DNA from: Callorhinchus milii
Taxonomy: Eukaryota
DNA length: 64,000 bases
Assembly: GCF_018977255.1 (NCBI RefSeq)
Contig: NW_024704742.1
Coordinates: forward strand, 13,146,001 to 13,210,000
Reading direction: 5' to 3'
Shown here: piece after piece, positions 40,589-51,725 of the stretch
Layout of the letters: every line of letters starts with the position of its first letter
Position numbering within the stretch: the stretch's first letter is position 1
Notes under the pieces: model-generated
What the model was told of the DNA's origin: nothing
The model's input: the letters and a program-made list of their open reading frames with translations, nothing else
Database searches by the model: none
Position numbers and translations under genes: made by a program

Positions 40589-40678
40589 AACCACTGGGTG
40601 AATTCCTGATCTTACAGATATCCATTGGTGAATTCCTAATCGTACAGATAACCACCCAGTGAATTCCCGATCCAGTAG
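40589..40678 (+). repeat. About 30-bp tandem repeat, three copies
   Basis: CCA...GTGAATTCC..ATC.TACAGATA units. Confidence 0.8.
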
Positions 40679-41595
40679 GATTGTCAAGCAGAAGTGCTGA
40701 ACAGAAGCTGGAGGCTTATCTGATTGAAAATGGATGATATGGAATTTTAAATAATCTTACTTAATAATAATAGTCCTTGTATTTGATATAGCTCCTTATC
40801 GCATCTTTGAGACGTCTCAAAACGCTTCCCAGAATTTACTGTGAAGTGAATTGACTGTATATTTTGTGGCCAAAACATGGCAGCCAATTGTGCACAGCAG
40901 TGCCCCACAAATAGTTGTGGATTGAGTGACCAATTTATTCTTTTTTGAAGGAATACAGAATGTTCTAAAACAACTCTGGTGTATCCTGACTATTTGAGCT
41001 CTCACTGACCACCCTCCATGCATTGCATTCTTCTCCTACAAGAACAACCGTGCCCTTTGTGTTATTTGATCATTTCAGACCAACCCAATGTCTTTCAATA
41101 ATCTTCCTGACTAGATAGTTATCTACCTGTAATTCTTTTTTGAAGTATTTCTAATGGACACGTCATCAGCTGGATATAAAGAAATACGCCAACTTGTTCA
41201 TTGGATTTAAGGACTAAATATAGATTGTGAATGAATCAAAACAGCACGGTTTTTTTATAATCAGTAAAGAAAAGCCAGTCAAAGGTGTAAATTTCTGATA
41301 GTCAAGTTTTAATCTGCCTCTGGTGATATTTAATGAATTTGGTAAACTGTTGACAATGAGAGTTTCAAGAGAGACACTGTGACTCTAAAAGGTAACAGGA
41401 TTATAAGATTAACGTTACCCCAATAAACTTTTATCCTGAAGCTTGAGAAAAATACATTTCTCTTTATCCTCTGTGTTCTCCTGACTTTGAGCAAACAGTG
41501 GTCATGAAAATTAATTCAGTGTGTTTCCTCTGCACTCAATGAGTGTCATTCTTTGGTAGAGCATTTTACTTGAAAGTCAAAGCTATATTTTTTTT

Positions 41596-41950
41596 AGAAT
41601 CATAGAATCTTACAGCACAGAGGGAGGCCATTCAGTCCACAGTACCTATGCTGGCTCTTTGAAAGTCCCACTGCCCCGCTCTTACCCCATAACAAATGTT
41701 TCCTTTTCAATTAGACAATTATTTGGGGAGGACAAGTTTGCAGGGCTAGCGGGGGAATGGGATTGATTTAGATAGCTCTTTTCAAAGAGCCAGCACAGAC
41801 ACGATGGGTTGAATGGCTTCCTTCTGTTCTGTATAACTCTATGATTCTATGAATGATATATCCGATTCCCTTTTGAAAATTATCAAATCCACTTCCACCA
41901 CCCTTTCAGGCAGTGCATTTCAGATCGTTATAACTCACTGAGTAAAAAAA
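41596..41950. mobile_element. CR1 3' end (minus) with a second CR1 tail (plus, about 41712-41850) inserted in it
   Basis: Both orientations of the CR1 terminal motif GAATGGC(C/T)TCC...CTATGATTCT are present. Confidence 0.75.
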
Positions 41951-43491
41951 ATCTTTGTACACTTTACCTCCCTCCTACCATCATCACACCACCACACCTC
42001 AATTCCATCACCTCATTAGATAACTACTGCCCCAAGTTTAGTGGGTGCATACTAAAATAAATCCTTGTTGTGACATGAATGGTATATTGTTCTTATTATT
42101 ATGTAACTAGTGAGAAAACGATCATTGAGTATTTAACTGTATTCTGATAAATTTCCTACTGAACAGTTCTGATAAACAGTGCTAAATATTTGTTAGTTTT
42201 ACCTTTATTCCGCTGAACAGCCTAATTGATTGGCAGGAGTGCATCGTTCCCCATACACAATGATATTTGTCAGTCAGATGAATAAAACATATGCAATATG
42301 CCTATTATGACTTTGGAGCAGCTGAGCATTTTTCTCCAAATATACAGACACTACACTTGCTAGCAATTCCCTGTGAAGTGCTTTGAGATGTTCAAAACAT
42401 CAATAATAATCCTTGCATTTGAAATAGCGCTTATGACGTTAAAATGTCTCAAAAGTGTTTCACAGGGAATTGCTGTATGGTGTAGTGACTGTGTATTTGT
42501 AGATGAATATGGCAATAAATTTGTACACCTCAATGTTTCGCATGAAATGAATCTTCAATTTTACCCAGGGGATTTCTTGATGTTTCAATGTTGCAGATAA
42601 TATGCTAATGGTTCCTATTACAATATGAGGTTACGCTGTCACAGTCTAAACCAAGTCGTGCTCATCTAGAATTATCATTTTAAAGACCAGAATCTATTTT
42701 ATTTTTCCAATGAGAAAACCTTTAGCTCTGTGAGCCTCTCCTTTTAACGTCCAGATTTTAACTCCTAAACCCCAGATTTATCCTTGTGGCTCTTCTTTGA
42801 ATCTTATTACATTAAATATGCTTTTGAACGTTCACTTCCCCAAATTGTAGCCAATCTATGAAATGGGCTCTCAATGGTGATCAATCCTCTGTCAAAATAT
42901 CTTCTTTCGACTTAAGTTCAAATGCCCTCTAAGTGCAACCTAGATTTAATCATAATAATAATAATTTGGTCACTTATTCCACGACTGTTTGTGGGACACT
43001 GCTGCGCGCAATTGGCTGCCACATTTTGCCCACAATACATAGTCAATTCACTTTACAGTATATTCTGTGAAGCCCTCTGAGATGTCTAAAAGACGTGATA
43101 AGACGCTATATCAAATGAAAGGATTATTATTATTATTAACCAGCTTCTCCATACATAGGAAGCCTTCAGTGACTGATCAATAGTGGCTCCCATTCCTTTT
43201 CCATCTCCACCTCTGCTGAAGGACAGTAGCAATCAGAGGCCCAAAATGTCATATGGAATTAAGTGTCTTAAAATTTCAAACCATGAAGGATTTTCATAAA
43301 TTCAGTATAATTTGGAACCTAGTTTTATGTTTTATAAAATTCTGCTCAGCATTACATTTTACAATAATAATTATCCCTAGCCATTTGATATAGCACTTTA
43401 TTCTATTTAATTGATGTAAGGTTCTCCACAGGATTTTACTGTACAGGGCAGTCCTTATTCCTCAGGATCTGAGGAGACCCAGAAGTGGACA

Positions 43492-43875
43492 GTTGAATCC
43501 TGTAGCTCAGTGGTTAGAGCACTCGCCTGCAAGTGGGAGGACCTGAGTTTGATTCCCGGCAGGGCGAAACGCTGAGCAAGTTTCCTTACTCCAACACACC
43601 TCTGTTCACCTAGCAGTAAATAGGAACTCGGTTGTTAGTCGATTGGCGGATCACTTTTCCGGGGTTAATAATTCCTTCAAAAAAAATAATAAATTGGTCA
43701 CTCAATCCATGACTGTTTTTGGGGCACTGCTGTGTGCAAATGGCTGCCGTGTTTTGCCCACAAAATATACAGTCAATTCACTTTACAGTATATTCTGTGA
43801 AGTGCTTTGAGACCCCTCGAAAACGTGCTAAGGCGCTATATCAAATGCAAGGATTATTATTATTATTGTTATTAT
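43492..43875 (+). mobile_element. tRNA-derived SINE, long subfamily
   Basis: Contains the extra segment CCTCTGTTCACCTAGCAGTAAATAGGAAC...TTTTCCGGGG. Confidence 0.92.
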
Positions 43876-45734
43876 TGAAGAGTTCTACTAACCCTGGTGG
43901 GCAACCACTGTTGCTCCAGTGAGTGAGTCAGAAATTCACGCATTTCAAACAGGGCTAATCAGCTGTCCATGAAACTTGACAAGTGGGAACAACTTTTGCC
44001 ATCACTTCAGATAAGAGATGGTGACCCATGAATTGCAAGGTGATAATTCAACTGAACAGCTGGTATCACATCATAAGCCATGGGAGCCAGGCTCAACTGA
44101 CTGATGAATATCAGCAGAACTGTAAAGTTGGATTATTGCTTGGTGGCTGACTACCAAATGCATCTAATGAAAAATAATACCATTCAGTCTTTAGGTTTCT
44201 TGTTTTAAAAAAAGAAATTCCTGTTTGGCAAATGCATTAAACACAGTGGAAGCATATGTGATACGGTACAGGTGTTGATGTAGAGATAGAAACGAGAGAT
44301 GTATAGACCACACAGGAAGGCGTTGGTGATTTATCGCAAATAAACCACTAACTGAAGCAGGTACATAATTCATGAATTTAGTGTTATATGTTTACACATT
44401 TCCATGTTTCAGACAGCTGATGGCGCTGTTACAATTTGTACAATTGTTTAATGCAGCTTGAATCATGCACAGGAAAAATGAAAATTGTGCAAGCAAAAAA
44501 TGAAAATTTCCACAATTATATTTTTTTACAATTTCAATACAGATAATACTATTGTTGACACTAGAAAGATATGGAGGCCAATTTTTATTAATTGTGTATT
44601 TATTTAGCACAATGATTTATATAGCACATTCATTTATATATAGCACATTTTTGTACTTATTTATAAGTCATACCTCCCCACTCCAGCTCTTTCCCATCGC
44701 CCTACGTGCTGCCTCATGCCTGGTATCATTGGCGGTTGGGCCTTCAGCCTCTCTACCCCCACCCTTTGGAACTCCATCTCACAGTCCCTTTCCCTCACCA
44801 CCTCCCTTGCCTCCTTCAAGGTCCGTCTCAAGTCCCTCCTATTCGACCGGTCTTCAGTCACTCTCCAACCCCTACCCTCCCTGCCCTCCAACCCTCCTGA
44901 TCCCAACCCCCAGCTCGGGTTGAAATCCTTGACTGTCCAGAGCTTTGGGACATCCTCATGATGTGAAAGGCACTATACAAATGTAATTTATTTTTGTTGT
45001 TTTACAGCCTCTTGAGAGGCAATGCAGAGAGTCATGACTTATTATTATTGAAGACTTATTGAAAAAAATAATAAATTGGTCACTCAATCCACGACTGTTT
45101 GTGGGACACTGCTGTGTGCAATTGGCTGCCACGTTTCACCCACAAAATATACAGTCAATTCACTTTACAGTATATTCTGTAAAGTGCTTTGAGACGTCTA
45201 GAAGATGTGATAAGACGCTATATCAAATGCAAGGATTATTATTATTATTATTGAAGACTTCTACCATCTCTGGTGGGCAACCACTGTTGCTCCAGTGAGT
45301 GAGTCAGAAATTCACGCATTTCAAACAGGGCTAATCAGCAGTTCGTGAAACTTGACAAGTGGGAACAACTTGTGTCATCACTTCAGATAAGAGATGGTGA
45401 AATGACCTGGGCGAGTAATTGCGCAATTCCCTGGAGTGTAATAAAATGTATACCTGTGGAGTAATCAAATTCTCCCTATGGAACCAAGGAATAAAACTCA
45501 AATGCGATCAAGGGATTAAAACATTAGTAAGGTTAAATCTGATCACTGTAACACTTCATAATATTTTATTATGGTGAATATTTAAATTCATGAAGCTGAG
45601 GACGCCAGGGAACAGGAATTCCCACCTGGGAACATGGAGCTCTCCCTTAAAGGGGGTCTTACACTGTGGATTATATCGACATTCGCTTACTAATACGTGT
45701 GTTTGTTGGACAACAACAGATAACTCAAAAGTGC

Positions 45735-46740
45735 TAGATGTGACACTGCTCAAATAAAACTAACAACATGTATCATTCCAACTTTATTCTAGGTTCAGTC
45801 TGTCTGTCTCTCTCTCATCCCCTACAATGTGTCTTGCATTATCTAAAACTTGCATGTCTACATCCTTCTCCCATTTATCTTCTTACTCTTTTTCATCCTT
45901 CAATGGTTAACATGTCTATGTGCAGCTCTTTTGGTGGAGCATATCTGAACCTGGTATATTTTTGGAGCCTCATCTTCATGAATATAAATATTACCTCTAA
46001 AAGGCTTGGGCTCATATTCTATCTGAATCTGCTTCCCAAATATGTAATGGTGGATCTTCTTGCAAACTACCCCTATCTTTCCTGTCCTAATGTGACCAAC
46101 CTTGTTATTCCTAACTCCTGCCCATTATAACTGTTGTGCTTCATACTATAACTTTTGCTTGCCTGGTTATTGGGAACCTCATTAATCCTGTTTATTAAAT
46201 CCACCTCCATCTCCTCAGTTTTTGGGTTGATCGTCACATTTGCATTTTTAAATTTATATTTTTACATTTATATTGTGGCTGCTTTTATTTACAAGGCATT
46301 ATTCAATGTTACATGTTGTTCCCTGAACAATTTTCCCCTGTGCTCAATATGTCTAATCCCCAAGACCAATTTGTCCCCAATAATTTCATCTCTCACATCA
46401 CCATATACACAAGTTCTTATTGATTGTCTTTATTTACAGGGAGCAGTTACACCTTTGCTTTAGTCTGTGGGATCCTCCTTTTCCTTCACTATTCTTCTCC
46501 CTGTTTCTATTAGCTTACTTCTGACACCATATTATGTGACACCTCTCAAATAAAATAAATAACACTTTCCACTCTGAACTTGAACAGGTTTCAATTCATT
46601 CTAGTTCCAACTCGTTATTCACAGCCTCCTCTCTCTCACTCTTTTCAATCCTTTCTGGGCTTTTAACTCTCCAGCTGTTTTCTATTGGATCTTCCAGATC
46701 ATATGATTCACCTCCAACAACAATCACCTTTTTTTACATC
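45735..46740 (-). mobile_element. Decayed, internally deleted Ty3/Gypsy (Mag-like) LTR retrotransposon
   Basis: PBS TGGTGTCAGAAGT (46529-46517). Gag motif RTCVYGDVRDEIIGDKLVLGIRHIEHRGKLFREQHVTLNNAL (about 46430-46290). RNase H-like CKKIHHYIFGKQIQIEYEPKP...MRLQKY..RYAPPKELHI (about 46070-45905). Diverged direct repeats starting ATGTGACAC..CTCAAATAAAA at about 45738 and 46534. Confidence 0.8.
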
Positions 46741-47235
46741 ATAATTCATAAAACAGGCAGATGGACTATTAATCCCTGTAAAATCCATAGAAAATTGCCT
46801 GTCTACAAGGCTCGCTTATTCCTCCCCCTCCCGCCCCAAGTATCAGACCATTTGACACAGCTAATTTAATCAAAGAGGCGTGTTGAGAATCTAGGCTGAA
46901 AGAACTACAATATGTTGTCATTGGACCTGTAGAAATCTAGGTGGCTGACTTGTCGCAAGCTGTTAGACTTCTCAATTCTCCCTCCACAAGCTGCAGATCA
47001 TTCAGAACTCTGCAGCTTGTGTCCTCTCCTGCACCAGGCACCCTGAACCTCTCACCCCCACCCTCGCCCCACTCCACTCATCCCCATTCCTTGCCTCCTT
47101 CAAGGCCTGTCCCGAGATCCTCCTCTTCGACCATGCCCAGTGGCTTGGGATGTCCTCCCATCATGAAAGGCACCATACAAATGTAATTTGTAGGTGTTGT
47201 TGTTGATGTCCTACAAAGGTCCTTGGTATGACCTT

Positions 47236-47623
47236 AATAATAATAATGATAATAATATTCTTTGCATTTGATATAGTGCCATATCACGTCTTCGAGACAT
47301 CTCAAAGCGCTTCACAGAATATACTGTAAAGAGTAGTGACTGTATATTTTGTGGGCAAAACGCGGCAGCTAATTGTGCACAAACACTCGTGGGTTGAAGT
47401 GACCAAATTATTATTATTGTTATTTATTTGTTTTTGCAGGGATTATTACACCCGGAAAAGCGATCCGCTAATCGACTAACAATCGGGTTCCTACTTACTG
47501 CTAGGTAAACAGAGGCGTGAGACACGAGGAAACTTGCCCGATGTTTCGCCCTGCCTGGGAATTGAACCCAGGTCCTCTCGTTTGTGAGGCTGGTGCTCTA
47601 ACCACTGAGCTACAGGACTCCAC
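47236..47623 (-). mobile_element. tRNA-derived SINE, long subfamily
   Basis: Full head-to-tail reverse copy. Confidence 0.92.
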
Positions 47624-47759
47624 ATAAAGTTGTTGTCCTATAAAAGCTGCTGTAAGGCTTTACCTGGAGTCTGGGTTTGTGGACATATGTTTTTATATCT
47701 GGGGCTTTGAATTCACCTTGATTTGTACGTAGAGAAATAAGCAGTTGTTGTTTAAGCTC

Positions 47760-50389
47760 CGAAACTTTCTCCTTACTCCTCCGGAACCTTCCCCTCCTTT
47801 GAACACTTACCCTCTACCAACTCTCCAGGCTTTCCCTCAAAATCCTCCTTTTTTACCGTCCCCCCAAGCTTTCCCCCACCTTCCTCTCGGACATCTCCAC
47901 CCTCCTGTCTTCCCTCTCCCTCTGCTCTGAACACCTCCTAATCTTAGGCGACTTCAATCTCCACTTCACCCCTTCTGCTCTACCTCTGCCGACTTCTCCA
48001 CCCTCCTCTCTTCCCTCAACCTTTCCCTCCTCATCTACTTCCCCACCCATGCCCATGGCCACCCCCTTGACTTGGTGATCACTCGGGGCCTCACTGTCTC
48101 GGACATCACCATTGTCGATAAAGCCATCTCGGATCACCACTTCATCGCCCTCAACACTTCAGTACCCCTTCCCTTTTCTCAACCCTCCACCATCACATAC
48201 CATCCATGGAAAAAAAATTCCTCCCTCTCCCTCTCCACTGCCCTGGAATCATCTGAACTCCTACACTTCTGGCCCTCACTGACCGATCTCCCCTCCTCAC
48301 TCTCCTTTCTCCACAACTCCCTCTCTTCCATTCTGGACTTCCTTGCCCCTCACCTCCCTAACTGCCTCATACTCCCGTAAATCCCTGTGGTACACCAGCC
48401 ATATCCGTTCCCTCAAGGCACAAGTGTGAGCTGCCGAACTCGCCTGGAACAAATTCAAACTAATGGTCCATCGGCAGATTTGGCTTCATCATACCAAGAC
48501 CTACCGCTGCGCTCTTGCCTCCCCCAAATCCTCCTTCTACTCCAAGGTTATCTTGGAGGCAAAGGACAACCCCAGGCTTCTCTTTTCCACCATAAACTAT
48601 CTCCTCCATCCACCTTCCCACACCTCGCCCATCTTCTCCTCCAACTCCAACTGTGAGGAGATGCTGGACTTCCTCAAATCTAAAATCGAGGGGAAACATT
48701 CAGCCACCTCAGCTCCGTCCACAGCCACCCCCACATCACCTCTCCCTCATGACCCACCCCCCACCCCTATACTCCTTCGACCTTATCCCTCCCTCCTCCC
48801 TCACCACGACTGTCAAACCCACCACCTGTTCCCTCGATCCCATCTCCACCTCTCTCCTCATCTCCCAGCTCCACCTTCTGCCCCCTCTCCTGTCCAATGT
48901 CATCAACCTCTCCTTGTTCACCGATTCAGTTCCCACCCCCCTAAAAACAGCCATCATCACCCCCATCTTGAGAAAACTTCCTTGGACCCATCCCTTCTCT
49001 CCAGTTACTGCCCCATCTCTAACCTCCCATTCCTCTCCAAGGTCCTGGAACAAGTCATCGTGTCCCAGCTCCGCTCCTTTCTTTCTCGCCATTCCCTCTT
49101 TGAACCCCTCCAATCCGGCTTCCGCTCTGCCCACAGCACGGAAACAGCCCTGGTCAAAGTCACTAATGACATTCTGAACATCTGTGATCAGGGCTCCCTC
49201 TGACTCCTTGTCCTCCTCGACCTCTCTGTCGCCTTCGACACTGTCGACCACTCCATCCTCATACACTGCCTCTCCTCCTTATTCAATCTTCACGGACCTG
49301 CCCTTGCCTGGTTCGATTCCTATCTCTCTCACCGTCTCCACTTTGTTGCCTCTTACGGTTTCTCCTCCAGCCCCCGCACTGTCACGTCTGGCGTCCCCCA
49401 GGGCTCTGTCCTTGGTCCTCTCCTCTTTAATATCTACATGCTCCCCCTTGGTGACATCATCCGCAGACATGGGGTCAACTTCCACATGTATACGGATGAC
49501 ACCCAACTCTATCTTTCTGTCTCTACCCTCAACTCCAGGACCACTGCTATCCTGACAGACTGTCTGTCGGACATCAAGTCCTGGATGAGGGTAAATTTCC
49601 TACAGTTGAATATGAACAAGACTGAGGCCCTCCTGATTGGCTCACGCCAGCGCCTCTGCACCTCAGGCTCTGGCAGCATCAACCTCCATGGTGGCACACT
49701 TCAACTCACCAAGCCAGTCAGGAACCTCGGTGTCAACCGTCTTTTCTTCCCCACATCCAAGCCATGACCCGCTCTGCCTTCCCTCACCTCCGTAACATCG
49801 CCCGACTCCGCCACTACCTCATCCCTCAGGCCACTGAAATTCTTGTTCATGCCTTCATCACCTCCAGGCTCGACTATGCAAATGCCCTGCTTGTCGGCCT
49901 TCCCAACTCCTCCCTCCACAGGTTGCAGATAATCCAGAACTCTGCAGCCCGTGTCCTCTCCCACACCAAACTTCGTGACCCCATCTCCCCCATTCTCGCC
50001 CGACTCCATTGGCTCCCTATCCTTCAGAGGATCCAGTTCAAGATCCTGGTCCTCACATACAAAGCCCTCCATGGCCTCGCCCCACCCTACCTCTGCGACT
50101 TCATAACCCCCTACCAACTCGCCGCTCAGCCGGCTCCGGCCTGCTCTACGTCGCCCGAACCACCCGCCCCACCATTGGTGGGAGAGCCTTCAAGCACTCT
50201 GCCCCAACCTCTGGAATTCCATCCCCCAGTCACTCCGCCTCACCCCCTCCTTAGCCTCCTTCAAGTCCCGCCTCAAGACCCTCCTTTCGACCATGCCTTT
50301 GGTCACCCCCCTTCCCCTCCCCTGACCCCAGCTCGGGTCTGAAATGCTGTACTCTGTCCAGCGCCTTGGGACGTCCTCCCGACATGAAA
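47760..50389 (+). mobile_element. L2-clade LINE, 5'-truncated, about 2.6 kb, decayed ORF2 (APE endonuclease plus RT)
   Basis: Motifs [90 protein letters not shown] across frameshifts and stops. Ends in an L2-type 3' stem CAGCGCCTTGGGACGTCCTCCCGAC. Confidence 0.93.
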
Positions 50390-50704
50390 GTGGAGTCCTG
50401 TAGCTCAGTGGTTAGAGCACTCGCGTTGCAAGTGGGAAACCTGGGTTCAATTCCAGGCAGGGCGAAACCTTGGGCAAGTTTCCTTACTCCACACGCTTAA
50501 TAATAATCCCTCCAAGACAAAACAATAATACATTGGTCATTTTCAATCCACGACTGTTTGTGTGACACTGCTGTGCGCAATTGGCTGCCGCGTTTCGCCC
50601 ACAAATATACAGTCAATTCACTTTTCACAGTCTATTCTGTGAAGTACTTTAAGACGTCTAGAAGACATGAAAAACCTATATCAAATGCAAGGATTATTAT
50701 TATT
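50390..50704 (+). mobile_element. tRNA-derived SINE, short subfamily, abutting the L2 3' end
   Basis: GTGGAGTCCTGTAGCTCAGTGGTTAGAGC head through to the (ATT)n tail. Confidence 0.92.
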
Positions 50705-50705
50705 G

Positions 50706-51725
50706 TGTGGTTTTATAATTGCTAATAAAACGTTTTAATAATATCCTTGGTATGGTTTCTGACAAATGCTTGATGGTCCACTCCGGCAAGGGCTGAACTT
50801 GTCCTCTTTGCAGTTCACTCCAGCGAGAGCTTGACTTAACCTCTTTCCCTCAAAGGCACTCTTCTTCCTCTCCGTAGAGGTTTGTCCCCTTCCTCTCCTC
50901 AGAGGCTCCCCGTAGAAGTTTGTCCCCTTTCTCTCCTTAGAGGCTCCAAAAAAACTAGTTTTGGCTATCAGTTTTTATACCCTTTTGCGCCAGCCATCTA
51001 TGTTCTAACTCTTTTTTTCATGACTTCTTTCTCACACTCTGCACTTTTCCCAGGCATTCTTTCCCTTTTCAATTCCAGGCAGGGCGAAACCTTGGGCAAG
51101 TTTCCTTACTTCACATGCCTAATAATAATCCCTCCAAATCCCAAAACAATAATAAATTGGTCATTTTCAATCTACGACTGTTTGTGGGACATTGCTGTGT
51201 GCAATTGGCTGCCGCGTTCGCCCACAAATATACAGTCAATTCACTTTACAGCATGTTCTGTGAAGCGCTTTGGGACATCCTCCTGACGTGAAAAGCGCTA
51301 TATCAAATGCAAGGATTATTATTATTATTATTTATTACCTTCAAGGTGTTTCTCCTTGTACCAGCTAGGGTAGCTTTTACAAAAGAACAATGCTCCTCCT
51401 ATTCCATCTTATCCAGCCTGACCAAACCACCTGACTCCATGTCCCTGAAGTTTCAGTCCTTCTTTCTAACTCTGTTCATGTGACCTGCTCACTTTAAGCT
51501 TTCTCTCAGTTTTAATTACTAGTTTGTATCCCATCCATTCTCCTGGTCCAATTATTCCAGGTTCCTATCTCTCCTGCCCATAGGTCACATGCCCTTGTAA
51601 GCGTAGACTGCCTACCATCCATCCTTTAGATCCAGCTATCCTTATGTTCCCTGACCATGGGTCACATTCCAGTGTACTCCTCCTAGCTCGGTGCCTCTTT
51701 ACTAGGACTGTGTGTGTGTGTCACA
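50706..51725 (-). mobile_element. Probable solo LTR interrupted by a SINE (51068-51337)
   Basis: TG...CA ends, minus-strand AAAGGGTATAAAAA TATA at about 50972-50986, ATTAAA near 50735, internal 38-bp tandem duplication at 50872-50947. No TSD identified. Confidence 0.4.

Noticed and set aside
40589..40678. Three 30-bp repeats superficially like a CRISPR array
   Set aside because: Head-to-tail with no unique spacers, eukaryotic context and no cas genes, so it is a minisatellite.
48463..50342. Active reverse transcriptase or a domesticated gene
   Set aside because: Multiple frameshifts, an in-frame stop at about 49201 and a 5' truncation indicate a dead L2 copy.
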